Source of the DNA: the human T2T-CHM13v2.0 reference genome, Homo sapiens
Direction: 5' to 3' (one strand)
Assembly: GCF_009914755.1 (NCBI RefSeq)
Contig: NC_060942.1
Length of the DNA: 64,000 bases
Shown here piece by piece: positions 1-13,971 of this stretch. The translations under genes and the position numbers were made by a program. Within the stretch, counting starts at the first letter, position 1, and every line of letters begins with the position of its first letter. Under the pieces are notes generated by a model. That model was not told the origin of the DNA. It saw only the letters and a program-made list of their open reading frames with translations, and did not search any database.

Positions 1-1409
1 TGATATGCACAATGAAATCCAGGCTGAGGTGGTCTCAGATAAAGCTGAGGAACTTTCTGGGAACTGAAGCAAAGGTCACTCTTGCTATGCTTTAGCAAAG
101 AGACTCATGGCATTTTGCCCCTGCCTGAGAGATCTGTGGAACTTTGAACATGAGAGAGATGATTTAGGGTATCTGACAGAAGAAATTTCTAAGCAGCAAA
201 GCATTCAAAATGTAACCTGGCTGATGCTGCAAGCATTTAGTCATATGTGTTCACAAAGAGATAGCTTGAAATCAGAACATGTTTAAAAAGGAAGCAGAGC
301 ATAAAGATTTGGAAAGTTTGCAGTCTGACCATGTGGTAGAAAAGAAAAAAAAAACACATTTTCTGGGGAGGAATTCAAGCCTGCTGCAGAAATTTGCATT
401 AGTAGCAAGGAGCCAAATGTTAATCACTGAGACAATGGGGAAAAAACCTCCAGGCCGTTTCGGAGATCTTCACAGTAGCCCCTCCTATTACAGGCCTGGA
501 GGCCTAGGAGGGAAAAATGGTTTGGTGGGCTGGGCCTAATGCCCCCTGCTTTGTGCAGCCTGAGACTTGGTCCCCTGTGTCCCAGCCATTCCAGTTCCAG
601 CTCTGGCTAAAAGGGGCTGGGGTACAGCTGGGCCATTGCTTCAGAGTGTGCAAGCCCCAAGAACTGGAGGCTTCCATGTGGTATTTGGCCTGCGGGTATA
701 CAGAAGACAAGAGTTGAAGTTTGGGAACCCTTGCCTAGATTTCAGGCAGTGTATGGAAATGCATGGATGTCCAGGAAGAAGTCTGCTGCAGGGGTGGAGC
801 CCTCATGGAGAACCTCTGCTAGGGCAGTGCAGATGGAAAATGTGGGGTTGGAACCCCTACACAGAGTCAACACTGGGGCACTGTTTAGTAAAACTGTGAG
901 AAGAGGGCCATTGTTCTACGGACCCCAGAAAAGTTGATTCACCAACAACTAGCACCACATGCCTGGAAAAGCCACAGGCACTCAACACCAGCCCTGCAGA
1001 GCCACAGGTGAGGAGCCACACAAGGCCATGGGAGCCCACCTCTTGCATGCCCTGGTTGTGAGGCATGGAGTAAAGGGAGATTTTTGAGCTTTAAGATTTA
1101 ATGACTTCCTGACTGGGTTTTGGACTTGCATGGGGCCTATGGCACCTTTATTTTGGCCAATCTGTCCCATTTGAAATAAGAATATTTACCAAATGCCTCT
1201 ACCCCTATTGTATCTTTGAGATAACTAACTTGTTTTTGATTTTTACAAGTTAATAGGTAGAAGAGACTTGACTTGTCTCAGATGAATCTTTGGACTTGGA
1301 CTTTTGAGTTAATGCTGAATGAGTTAAGACTTTGGGGAACTGTTGGAAAGGCATGATTGATTTTACAATGTGAGAAGAACATGATATTTTGGAGGGGTCA
1401 GGGTCAGAA
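1..1409 (+). mobile_element. THE1-int (ERVL-MaLR internal sequence), truncated by window start
   Basis: Matches recalled THE1/MST internal consensus (aatgaaatccaggctgaggtggtctcagat...; gtgcaagccccaag...ggcttccatgtgg). Ends in a purine-rich PPT (ggaggggtcagggtcagaa) directly before the LTR. Confidence 0.9.
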
Positions 1410-1773
1410 TGATCTGGTTTTGCTCTGTGTCCCCACCCAAATCTCATCTTGAATTTCAATCCCCATGTCTCAACAGAAGGACCTGGTGGGAGGTGATTGG
1501 GTCATTGGGTGGTTTCCTCCATGCTGTCATCATGATAGTAAGTTCTCATGAGATCTATTGGTTTCAAAGTGGAACCTCTCCCTTCACTCTCTCTTTCTGT
1601 CTTCTGATGCCTTGTGAAGAAAATGTTTGCTTCTCCGTTGCCTTCCAACATGATTGTAACTGTCCTGAGGCCTCCTCAGCCATATAGAACTGTGCATCAA
1701 CTGAACATCTTTCCTTTATAAATTACCCAGTCTCAGGTAGCTTTTTTATAACAGTGTGAAAATGAACTAATAA
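1410..1773 (+). mobile_element. THE1D 3' LTR (MaLR)
   Basis: Starts tgatctggttttgctctgtgtccccacccaaatctcatcttgaat and ends tttataaattacccagtctcaggtag...aatgaactaata. Internal gccttgtgaagaa...tgcttc fits THE1D. Confidence 0.85.
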
Positions 1774-1779
1774 GCAGAC

Positions 1780-2720
1780 TTTATTTTAACCATTTCTGTT
1801 GATCTTTATTTTGTTTTGCAGATTCACATTTCTGTTGAGTATTATATTTTCTTTCCTGTTCTTCTTTTAACATTTTGTAGTGCAGATGTCTTGGTACTGA
1901 ATTGTGTCCTATGTTTGTCTGAAAAAGTACTTTTCTCCTTTTTGGGGAAAGATATTTTCACTATATAGAATTCTTTTTTTTGGCAGTGATTTTGCTCCTG
2001 TTTAGCATTTTGGAGATGTTAATCCATTATCTTATGACTTAAATATTACATATTTCTTTTTCATATAATATGTATTTTATTCTCAAGCTGCCTTTGAGAT
2101 TTTATCTTTAGTATGCAGCATTTTGAATTTTAAGTATAGGTGTGTGTACGCATGTGCGCACACACACGTGCATGCATGCGTTCACAGGTGTCTGTAAGAT
2201 GATATTTGTTTTCTTTAATTTGGTTAACTTCCTGGATCCATGGTTTGATTTCATTAATTATTTTTAGAAATTTCTTAACTCTATATGCTAAAATTTATTT
2301 TCTACCACACTCTCTTCTGCTTCCAAGATTCCATTTAAAAGTAAGTTAAATTGTCTGAAAATTTTCCACAGTTCTTAAAGGCTCTCATTTTGTTTGTTGC
2401 TTTACAGTTGTTGTTTTTTTTTAACTCATGTTTTCCTCTTTTTGTTTCAGGTTGGGTAATATCTATTTATCTATCCTAAGTGGTTCTTTCCTCAGCTGTG
2501 TCAAGTCTAGTGAATGGCCCTTTCATTAAAGTCACTTTTCATCTGTTCTATCATTCTTCTAGCATTCCTATTCAATTCTTTCTGCAGTTTCTATTTCTCT
2601 GCTGAAATTTCTCAGCTGCTCTTGCATTCTAGATATCTTTTCTATTAGAGTCTTTAACACATTAATTATAGTTATTTAAAATTTTCAGTCTGATTTTTAC
2701 AACACCTAGATCATGTCTTA
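1780..2720 (-). mobile_element. Old L1M (ORF1-region) fragment
   Basis: T-rich tract with antisense L1M motifs (gaaagatattttcactatatagaattc; ttctatttctctgctgaaatttctc). Boundaries approximate. Confidence 0.6.
2140..2180. repeat. Alternating purine-pyrimidine tract (TG/CA/CG), potential Z-DNA
   Basis: gtgtgtgtacgcatgtgcgcacacacacgtgcatgcatgcg. Confidence 0.75.
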
Positions 2721-4489
2721 GGATGGAATTTTTACTTTGTATTCATAACTGGAAATGTGCATGAACATTTTGCCGGAATGTTAGCGTGGAGAGGTAAAGG
2801 AATTTTTCCCAAAATTGAATTGGATGTGGACTTTGTTGTTGCTTCAGGGCACCATTAGCTTTGGTGATAGGACACAGGTCAAGATCCTCAGGTTGACCAC
2901 TACTGCAATCTACAGTCCTACCCCCTGCAATTTCTGCTTCTCTTCAAATTAGCACCTGGGCCCTTACCAAAATATGCCTTAGTGTCTACCACAGCTGTCT
3001 CCTAAAAGAAAAGAAATTTACTGAATTAAAAATGCAAGACACTATTTTTCAAGTAACTATTTCTTACTCTGACTGTTGTTCTTTAGTGTTTACCTGATGG
3101 ATCAATTTTTAATTATTTGTTTTCTATTCATTCCAAATTAGGGAAAACTCTGCTTCATGGGTTCAATCAATGGAGTGTTATTTATGGAATGGAACATGAT
3201 AAACAAATTACCAGATACGATTCTTCATTTCCCAATGTAAGCTCTAGACATTTCTAGGGAGATGGCTTTGAAAACATATTGCATCTAGTTATTTAGAGAC
3301 TGAATAGTAGAAATTAGAGTCACAGGATTGACAACCCTGTAAATCTTGTTCATGAGCAGCCCAATTATTTCCCCAGAGGTCTTTGGGATGGTGTAGAGTT
3401 GGATAAAAAAGGAAAAACAAAGGATGTTGTTTCTTGCTGGAACATTGGACTAAAAATTCAAAATAAAATTCTAGTGAGATACAAAACAACTCTTTTTTAC
3501 TCTGTCTTTCTAGACAAAATTAACCAAATATCACAGCATGCTGTGGCCCACCCTTGCTTTGTCTACATCAGTCTCTGGTTTTACCTACAGGTGGCAGCAG
3601 CCTAGTCCTGAGAATATGCAGTGTGGAAACCTGAACAAAAGAGCTTGTTGGCCCAATACAAGCTCATCGTGGATGATCACTGTTCTTCTCTTTTTCTGCT
3701 TTACTACTTTTTATCATTCAAAACACAAAGCCATCAACACTTTCTTGATTCAGTACATTTCTGAAAATTAAGGTTAGCTGAAGCTGTATATCTGCTCAGA
3801 TTTATACCTGTAGGAAGGTCACAAGGGATCAGAAAATTCCTACTATTGAGCAAGAATAAAGGGGATTTCAATAGAAAAATTTCAAATAAAAATCCAAGTA
3901 TGAAATCATGCATGGCCAGATTACCATCATTCTGTACTCGGGAGCCCTTCTCCCATCTGACTGAATCCCCTCCATTCTAGGGGGAAATAAACTGCCTGTA
4001 AGAGAAAATCCTGTGAGTAAGATTAAATAACTTCCCTGCCTGAAGGAGACCAAGCACACATGCAGAGAATCACAAAAGTCTAAAACTAGTATTGAACCTT
4101 TGCCCTATCCCAGTCCCCATACCCATATTAAGTAGGCAAGTCAGCTTTACACAGAGATTATTAAGAAAGTTTCTGAATGAGCTTAGTTTGTTGTTACAGA
4201 TCTCCATGCTTCATTCTTGTATCTTGTTTTATCAACATTACAGAAACAAAATATCTTTGGCAATATTACCACATAAAATTAATGAAAGTTATATAACCTT
4301 ATAAAAGCAAAATAACACTAGTCGATATTCACATTTACAAGTAATAAAAATATCTGGTAAAATATTTTAAAGATATATAATTTAGCTTATTTTGAGCTGG
4401 CATAAAAGGAATTCTCAGAGATCAAAATAAAGTAAACGTAGAAATCTTATCAGGTAAGGAAAGGGTTGTTGAAAATAGCCAAGTATATT

Positions 4490-5575
4490 TTTAAACACAG
4501 TCAAATTGACTTTCTAGAAATTAATACATAGATGCTGAATTTAAAATGTATTTGATTATTTGAACAACAAATTAAACACAACTAAATGAAGAATTAGTAA
4601 ATTGAAAGTAAACATAAATAAAGTTTTCCTAAAGGCAGAGAGGAAAGGATAGAAGATATGAATGACAAAAGAAATGGAAATAAAAATAATACAACTTTAT
4701 ATATCAAGTTTAAATTCCAGAAGGTGAAAAGAGAGAGAAAAGGCAATATTTTAAGAAAGTATGAATGAGACTATTCAATAATTGATTGTAAAAACATCAT
4801 TTTTATAAAAAGCAAACTAAAATACAATAAAAATTTAAAGGGTTTATTTGACCAAAAAACAACTCATGAATTAGGCGGCTTTAAATAAGTGGTTGGAAAG
4901 CTTCACCAAGGGAACACAAGAGAGAAACTTTTATCTGATACACACAGAATTAGAGCAAAGAAAATATTTGATTGGTTACAGTTATACATTTTCCTTCTTT
5001 GGTCTTTTCTGTTAGAGAGTCCCTAGTTATATAAGTCTGTTTGTTGGCTGCTTCTGATTGGTTGAACTTTAGTCCTCTTTATCTATAATATAGACATTAA
5101 CTAAAAAATAGCACTAGTTAAGTTTCGCTTGTGTTTGCAAATCAAACAATATTTAGGTCATTTATGAAGCTTAACTGGCTTTGTCAACTCAGGGATTCTT
5201 CAGGCCTGGTCTCCATTTTGATTTACTTTAACCACATTAATATTCATAATAACAAAGCTCAACAAATCAGCAGAAGGGTAGATGAAATGTAAGCAACACC
5301 TGGAAGGATCAGGATACCATTTGCAGAGTACAAAGTACAAAGAGAAGATGTGAAAGGCAGCTAGAAATTGATGAGAGATTTTCTGTAAAGAAATGGTATC
5401 TATTCTAAGGGCAGACTTTTCCACAGGAATGATGGAAACCGGAAAAATGGAGGAAAACCTTTTCAATGTTCTAATTAAAATTATATATCGGTCTGGCATT
5501 GTATATGAAGTGAAATTATCTTTCAAATTTAAAAGCAAATTAAAGATATTTTTAGATAACCAACACTGAACTAGT
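4490..5575 (+). mobile_element. Old L1ME-like ORF1 fragments interrupted by an LTR
   Basis: A-rich L1 ORF1-like motifs (gaagaattagtaaattgaaag; ttccagaaggtgaaaagagag; gcagacttttccacaggaatgatggaa; gtgaaattatctttcaaa). Confidence 0.55.
4825..5232 (-). mobile_element. ERV1 MER4-group solo LTR (MER93/MER57-like)
   Basis: Reverse complement begins ttaaagtaaatcaaaatggagaccaggcctgaagaatccctgag...acaaagccagttaag and carries two CCAAT boxes (gattggtt on the + strand). Subfamily uncertain. Confidence 0.65.
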
Positions 5576-5618
5576 GTTTACCCTAAATAGGTGTAGTAAA
5601 GTGGGAGGGGGATCCCTG

Positions 5619-6414
5619 TGAGAGTGACAGCATGCTGGCAGCCCTTGCAGCCCCAAGCCCTTCAGCCTGCCACTGTGCTGTGGGGGCCCCTCTCTGGGAT
5701 GGCCGAGGCCCGAGCCAGCTCCCTCTGCTTGTGGGGAGGTGTGGAGGGAGAGGCGCGGGAGGGAACCGGGGCTGCACTCAGTGCCGGCGGGCCAGCGCGA
5801 GTTCCGGGTGGCCGTGGGCCCGGCGGGTCCCGCACTCGGAGCGGGCGGTAGTAGCCGCCAGCCCCAGGCAGTGAGAGGCTCAGCACCTGGACCAGCAGCT
5901 GTGGAGGGTGCGCGGCCTCCCCCAGCAGTGCCAGCCCACCGGCACCACGCTCGAATTCTCGCCGGGCCTCAGCTGCCTCCCCGCAGGCCAGGGTTCAGGA
6001 CCTGCCCGAGCCTCCCCACGCCCCCACCACCCCACCACCCCACCACCCCCACTCTTTGGGTCCGCACTGCCTTTATGAGCTGCAACACTCACCGCGAAGG
6101 TCTGCAGCTTCACTCCTGATGCCAGCCAGACCACGAACCCACCAGGAGGAATGAACAACTCCAGATGGGAGGAACTAACAACTCCAGACTCGCCGCCTTA
6201 AGAGCTGTTACACTCACCGCGAAGGTCTGCAGCTTCACTCCTGAAGCCAGCGAGACCACAGCCCCGCCAGAAGGAAGAAACTCGGAACACCTCCGAACAT
6301 CGGAAGGAAAAAACTCCGGACACACCACCTTTAAGAACTGTAACACTCACCACGAGGGTCCGCGGCTTCATTCTTGAAGTCAGTCAGGCCAAGAACCCAC
6401 CAATTCCAGACACA
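5619..6414 (+). mobile_element. Solo LTR12 (ERV9; LTR12C/D/E type) with a large internal deletion
   Basis: Termini TGAGAGTGACAGC...aattccagacaCA. 4-bp TSD CCTG at 5615-5618 and 6415-6418. The GC-rich 5' U3 is joined directly to the U5 repeats (acactcaccgcgaaggtctgcagcttcactcctga x2). Confidence 0.93.
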
Positions 6415-6831
6415 CCTGGACTGGGGTGACCCTAGAGTTCTTGTGGCCCTTTGGTCTGGAAGGAATCGAAACTTCATTGTGACTGTGAATGAGGAATGGG
6501 GGATTAGTTTAGGTGAGGAGAAAAGCTGATGAGCTACGCTGCAGTCCCCTGGTTAAAACATAAAATGACACTAAGAAACGGGTACGCTGTCAATTAGAGA
6601 GGGCAGTTGGGGTAAACATTAACAAAAAGTAACTTTGAGAGGCAACTGGATCACCAGTAAATGTGAGAGTTGAAAAAAGCTGGAGAGAGCAGTGTCTGTG
6701 CCTGCATTAGGAAATTTATATAAATATTCCCACTGTTATAAGGCTTATCCAAAGAGTTTATACATCAACCCTCCCAAATTCCCCAAACCCAGTTACACCT
6801 GCTTTAGATGTCGGAAGCAGGTATAGCATAA

Positions 6832-7155
<324 letters not shown>

Positions 7156-10100
7156 TTAACCAGATTGTGACTGACACAATAATTTTACATTGAATACACC
7201 TGCATTCATTCACCTTAATAACTTTGTACACCATAATCTGTGGTTCAGAAATTTGTTTTTACCTATGAAGTTCAATTAATGTATTCACAATTTTGTGACT
7301 TGAAATGTCATATTGTCATACTTTATAAAGTAAAGGAAAAATGCATTATATCATAAAAATGAAGGAATGAACTTTAGTGATAGGATCAAAAGGACAATTG
7401 AAGGTATCAGATTGAAGGAAACTAGACGAGGCTTTCACTTACCAATGCAGCAATTATCAAAGTATAGCACAATGCTTTGCACACCGTAGGGAATCAATAG
7501 ATATGGATGAAACAGTTGAATATCACAGTTGTCGGGATATATAAATAGTGAAAAATCAAAGGATGTTCTTTGATTATAAAATTTATAGAAATTATGATTT
7601 TTTAAAAATGTATCAATTAAGATTAAGGAATCTAGAATCATTTCTGTCCATTTATTATTAGCTCTGAACTGCTATTTTGTATGAGCATTATTCCCCAAAA
7701 GATAAAAGAATAAGGAACAAAAAGAGCCAGACCCAATTTTAAGTGGGTCACGTCGTACCTGTTTACTTCAAAAGTGTTCATGATAAAGTATGGATAGCTA
7801 TTGCCAGTTCATAGACTATTACTCTAATTTAGGAGTTACTATGATTTAGAATTGGCGTTCTTTTGTTGCAATTAAAGAACATGTTAAACAAGTATATAAT
7901 CTACATTCTATCATTAAACTTGAACATAATTTAATAATGATTCAGTATACTACTCAATATGCCAAAACCCCCATTAAAACAGGTGACGGTAAATGTTCAA
8001 AAATCCACATATTTATCTCCAAAATTTTAGCCAAGTACATACAACAAAACAACATGTTTTGTTACTTAAACCTCTAAATACGAATATTGCAAAACATAAA
8101 TGTTTTTTAAAGCAATTGGGAATCAACAAATGAAACGTATATATATATAATTTCTAGTTATTCTATGAATTATTTCCCCAAAATAAGCCTCATTCTACAA
8201 TACTCCAATATTTGAAACCACTTAGTCTGTGTGTTTTTCAGGCAAACTTGTTCACCCTTTTATAAAACCATTTCAGCTGTGCCTATGCAAAAATAATGAG
8301 GGAAATATCTTACTTTATTTAAGAATGACATTTTTCTGTTTTTGGTTTACTCTGTTTATACAGCTTTCAAAGAAGTAGAGTGATAGTCTTAGGTGAAAAA
8401 ATTCTTTAAAAACAAACAAACAAAAAACTATTACAACATCAGCAGTCCTGAGGTTCCTGATATGTATGTAACTATGATACCCTGTTATTCAAATACAAAA
8501 ATGCAGCCAATATGAGTTAGTTAATTCTCTAAAGGGCCAAGTCATGTCAACAACAAGGTCCCAGGAGAAGAGAAGGAGCTATTCTGTTGCTGAATCCATG
8601 GCACACATGTGAAATAATGCAGCATTGCTTATGCAGTCACAGACACCTGCCTAATCATGATCGATGACATGAAGTATATTTTTTAATGAAAACTTATCAC
8701 CCATCATTATTTCTTTAAAGTATGCTAACTCTATTATCTCCAGAGTTGAATCTCCTTCCAAGTCTAGGCCTTTTGGTGTTTCCTTTGTTTCTTTATTCCA
8801 ATGGATGCAGCTAAAGCTTCAGTACACACTTCCGGTCCCGTTGCTGTTGATCTTGCGTATTGTTTCTGTAATTTCCTCTCAATAATAGAATGTTTGCCTC
8901 TGTCAGTTTCCAAGATTGTCCAAATGCTGAGCTGGATTCACATCATTAGGTCATCAAACTGCACACAGAATAAATTGTAGTACTTTTGTTTCAACTGCAA
9001 TCTAACTTTACAATTTTATTCCAAACCAGCTTGTTCTAGTTGTGTGTTGATTGCTTTGTGATATGTTGTGTTCACACTCCATTACACAAATGCTGATGCT
9101 ATAATTCATCTTGAGGGACATGGAGATTGAGAGTAGCCCCAAAAGGTGCTCCCCAGAAACGTGTTATTCAAAATGCATCTCACTAATTGCTGCTGAGAAG
9201 TTTCCTACTGATCCCTTTGTTTTTATACTGACAAAGAATTATAAGAAAATTATTTTTTTCCTGAATAGTACATAACAGTCATTTTTTTTTGCTACCAAAC
9301 ATGACCCCAATTGTCAATGGGGGAACATAAAGACAAGGATAGAGATATATTTTATATGTATATGTAAGATATATAAATAAAAACAATGAGAAATTCAGTA
9401 GAAAAAAATATATTTCAAAGTTGATAAATGAAACGTTTAGAAATCTTTCATTTCTTTCAATGACTTTTTCTGAATATTGTTTATCTTAACAATAAGGTAC
9501 ATTCATTAATCTTTCCAATGTGTTTTTTCCTATCAATGGCTAACACTCTGTCTTGTAAAAGGAATAAGAAATAGCTTGATGATAATTACCCTGAGCGTAA
9601 GAATTTTGCTTGTGTATCTCCTTAGCTTTCTCTTATGGGATATCACGTCATTTTGTCTTCATGTTTCACTATTGTCAAATACCTCTTCAATTTCTGTTTT
9701 GTAAATTAACTATTAATCTAGCTCATAAATAATGTAAATAATCCAATTTTTCTTTATACTTTCTCCTTCTATTCGAACCAACTATATAACTTACTTTCTC
9801 ATACCAATTATTTATTGATAATATGAAATTATAACAATTCAAGTATATGTAACTTTTGACATAATACAGCCGTCTGATAAATACATATTTAATATTTATG
9901 TACATAAACTACTATGTTTCTGAGTGTGTATGTAGGCAAAAAGGCAACTATATTAATAAACTCTTCTTAAAATTGTATATGGAAAAACAAAAAGTAAATA
10001 TCTGCAAAGGCAAAATATAAAAATTTCGATATGATAGGAAAACAAAGTACAAGAGAAGTTCAAACACAGAGCTCTCACTATAGGTGATCTATAATTAGAG

Positions 10101-10912
10101 ATTGCCATAATAGAGAAGAGTGTGACAACATACAAGGAAGAAGATTATTACATGTGAAAACTATAGGATAAGCAAAGGTGCTGAGGCACAAAAGCTCTAC
10201 TGCTGTTACCTAAGGAACTACTAGCAAATTACCTAACATGTACATAATTCAGTATATAGAAGAAAGTATGTTTAAGAGCAGTTCATCAGTTGTGTCAAAT
10301 ACTTCATTGATTAAAGAGGATGAGAACTAAGAATGATTGATGGTTTGCATTTCAATCATCTTGTAGAGACTATTTTGTGGTTGTGGCCACAAGTGGCCAT
10401 TTCCCCTTCATGTGTATTCTACCTTACTATATGCCCAGGACATTAGTTCAAAAAGCTATTTCCTTTACTGTATGGAACCAGTAAGTACAATCCTAAGTGG
10501 AAACAACATGTAAAATTCAAACACAGTTACAGAGGGCAAAGCATACCCAAGTGTTCTTTGAAACAATTGTATTTGGGATTTTAAAACATGTTTTTTTTCC
10601 ATATTTATGTTATTATATTTTTCAATCACTAGTTTTAGTAGACAAGTGGAAATCTGTTTGCTAATGGGAGACAATGTTAAATGGATTTAAACCAAAGACA
10701 CCACTGACCATTTCCACACTTCCTTCTTGAAGATGAATTTACTCTTACTCAAAAAATCAAATAGTTGTAACACTGTAAATGATCTTTTGTGGTAAAGGAG
10801 GCGACTACTCTCTTTTTCTGCTGTTGTGTTTAGGGCTGAGTTTGAAAGGAAACTTTTCACATTACTAGCCTAAATAAGAGCTTTTCCTACCAACACCCAA
10901 GGATAGAAATTT

Positions 10913-10975
10913 ATTTATTTTAATTCATCCATTGACTTGCTCACATTTATTTTAATTCATCCATTGACTTGCTCA
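10913..10975. repeat. 32-bp-period tandem duplication, probably at an L2 3' end
   Basis: atttattttaattcatccattgacttgctca occurs twice (10913-10943, 10945-10975), followed by (ttca/ctca)-like L2 tail sequence. Confidence 0.85.
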
Positions 10976-11599
10976 GTTACTCACTGATTCACTTTTTCTC
11001 CCATTTAGTTACTCACTTGTTCAAGGAATTTATATCACCACCTGTTAGGAACTGAACCATGAGAATATAGCGGCAACCACAAAAAGAAGCCCCTGGCTTT
11101 CATAAAATGCAAGTTATCAAGCACATCGCATTAACCTGAGAGACAGTTTTGAAGGTCAAACCTGGAATTACAATGCTGGGAATAGCTATATGAGTTAACA
11201 ATATTATTTATCTCCCTTTTTATCTCTTCCATAATTGACCCCACCGTCATGTCAGTGTATGATAAATGACATAAAGCCCACCACGAATCAAATGATGTTC
11301 TGTCTTGATTTATTCATTTAATTTTTTCTCTTTCAATTTTTTCATCGTGCCTATTTCTATCCTTGGGTTTCCAAAATTTAAATGTTAAAAATTAAAGGGT
11401 ACTATACATATTCATGGGCATATTACTGCCATGTTTTTGCCCATATTAATTTAAGAATTTAAGAGTTGAGGATTGTTATAAGCACCCAGAAGATATAAAC
11501 TGTTTCTATAAGGAATCATATATAACAGTTTTATAAGATATTTATTGGTAGTATTTAATGCTTAACAATAATGACTAAGTTCTTGCATTTATATTATGA

Positions 11600-11690
11600 A
11601 TTCAGTATACATTTTCCCCATTTAATCTGCATAAGTACTCTATCAGAGATTATGCTCATTTAAAATTGAGAAATAGACTCTAAGAATAAT
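11600..11690 (-). mobile_element. MIR fragment
   Basis: catttaatctgcataagtactctat...catttaaaattgagaaatagactc resembles the antisense MIR core. Confidence 0.45.
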
Positions 11691-12569
11691 TAATATAAAA
11701 ATAATTTTAATAGCTCACTAAAGCTGCCTCTTATTATTTACCATGTTAATTCTCTTCATTTTCTTTAAAACTGAAAGACATCTATACATTGCTGAAAGAG
11801 CAAAGATCATAGAGTACCAGGGCATGCCTCTCTTTTGATGTTTGCTTGATCTAAGGAGAAGAGACTCAATACCACAAACTCAGCTTTTAAAGGGAAAACA
11901 TTACAGTCTATCCAAATATATCAAATCTCTGGAACCATCTGTGGGTTTGGAGCCCAGCAATAAGTTAGAATCTGAAAATATAAGATTTCTTTTAGGCTAA
12001 AAGGTTACAATAGAACACATTACATCTGTAATGCCATCCAGGAACTGGATGTCCTCAAATTCTTCTGTGCTCAGCAAGCCTAGAGGGGAAATAGAGTGAT
12101 TTTCAATAATGCTGCAAAATAATGGATCCAATTCTCCCCTGCATCTCAGGGAATATGGGTTTCTTAAACACAAGGAAGCAAATCTCTGCCATTTTCATTC
12201 CGCTCCTATATCCTACAATTTAATCTTTCCAAAATTAGATTTAGAAAAAAAACTGTTTCGAACTGAGCAGAACTACTCATTCTTCTGTACTCTGTGTATC
12301 CTTTAAAATGTAGCACTGGTATTTCAAATCTTAAATGTTGGAATTTAAAAAAATATATGGAAATAAATTTTAAGTAGCTAAAATATTTAATTTTAAAAGT
12401 GAAACATCCATTTTTTAATATGCAGGTGATGGAGAATAAAAATTAAATACATATCATAAAGTTTAATTTATAACATATTACAAAGATAAAAGAGTCCTAT
12501 CAAAATATTGATGATACAACTTTATTGATCATTTTATATTTTCTAGCTGATATGTTCATTACTTTCTGG

Positions 12570-12720
12570 TCACATATCATTTGATTCTTACATAACCTAT
12601 GTGATGTATATAATTACTATTATAATTGTTTTACAGAAGAAGTCATACTTATAGTAAAATAATTGGAATTCGACTCTGTTGAACCTGTATCTGTCTCCAA
12701 TTCCCATGTAGTTAAATACT
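12570..12720 (-). mobile_element. MIR fragment
   Basis: tcatttgattcttacataacctatg...ttttacagaagaag...ggaattcga resembles antisense MIR. Confidence 0.45.
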
Positions 12721-12959
12721 GTCAATTACAGGGGTGTGAATTGTGTATGTCTGTGTGTGCAACATTTCTTCATCAATGACCTTACCAAATTATGTATATA
12801 TATACAACATTTTTGTAAATATATAAATTTTATGTATATATAAGTCTGATATATGTACACACATATACATAAAAAGAGGTACTCAAGCCAGGGAATTTAA
12901 AACTAGAGAAATCTGAATCAAAATTATATTGAGTTGCTAAGTTATTATCTTACAGACAT

Positions 12960-13600
12960 CACATTGCCAAAAATGGTGCAGGTTGACAACACCAAGTCTT
13001 CGAAAGGATGTGAATCCTGTGTTAAAAAATATGAATTAACATCAATTTATATACATTGCTAGTGGGAGTATAAATTTGGTAAGAACTTGGGAAACAAATT
13101 GGCATTATTTTGTAAAGTAAGCATATCTAATCCAGGTATATACATAAGAAATACTCTTGTATTTGTACAGTAGGAGATACGTATAAGAATGTCTATTGCA
13201 GCACTGTTGGCTATTAGGACAGAAAATTGGAGGGAGGTTAAATATCCACTGAGCAGAAGTCAAGGATGCTACATTCACACGAAGGAATATTTTACAGTAG
13301 TAAAATTGAACGTAATTCAGGTCCATTGTATGATATGAATGAATCTTAGTAAGGCAATGTTTAGTTTGTAAAAAGTTATGGAAAACTACATCAAATATAA
13401 CTTTCTTTACAATTTTAAGTAAATTTAAAAATAAAATTAATATTTTGTTCAGGTAAATACAAACACACACACATTTGTCAGATTTGTTATATTGGGGATG
13501 AAGTCAGGGAAACTGACTGCCTGGTCAGAGGAGTCAATGGGAGTCAATACTGGTAATTTTAATTCATGGGGTTGCATGATGGGTCTTGTCTGTCTATTTT
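12960..13600 (+). mobile_element. L1ME 3' end
   Basis: atacattgctagtgggagtataaatttggt; gtataagaatgtctattgcagcactgtt. Confidence 0.65.
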
Positions 13601-13971
13601 ATTGGTAAAATAAATATATAATAAATAACTAATATCAAGTAAAATAAAGTGGGTAATGCCAGTTTGAGGATTGAATATGATAGTGCTTAATTAGGCAAGA
13701 ATTATGATGTGTCTATTTCTGTGTACCTGACCCCACTTCTTAAAAAAACAAACAAAAAGAAGCAGCAGAATTTCTGAAATCCAAGTTTCCAAATTGCTTG
13801 AGACTCATTTCATTCTAGATGAACAGGTGGTGTCTGTGATGAGATGCCACAATAGTCGTCCTTCTGGATGTATGAGCAATGCCCTATGAGCAATCTCCAC
13901 TTTATTCTCAGTACACTCATATGGCTTTCCTCTTGCCCTATCTCTACTTCCTTTCTTTATATATCCCAGAC

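Noticed and set aside
5598-5618. Purine run upstream of LTR12 resembling a PPT
   Set aside because: The CCTG TSD on both sides shows a solo LTR, so no provirus is attached.
5583-6377. Cluster of Pro/Gly/Arg-rich ORFs and CpG-island-like composition
   Set aside because: Explained by LTR12 sequence; not a gene promoter or first exon.
12018-12051. Two adjacent 7-bp stems
   Set aside because: Too short to distinguish from chance.
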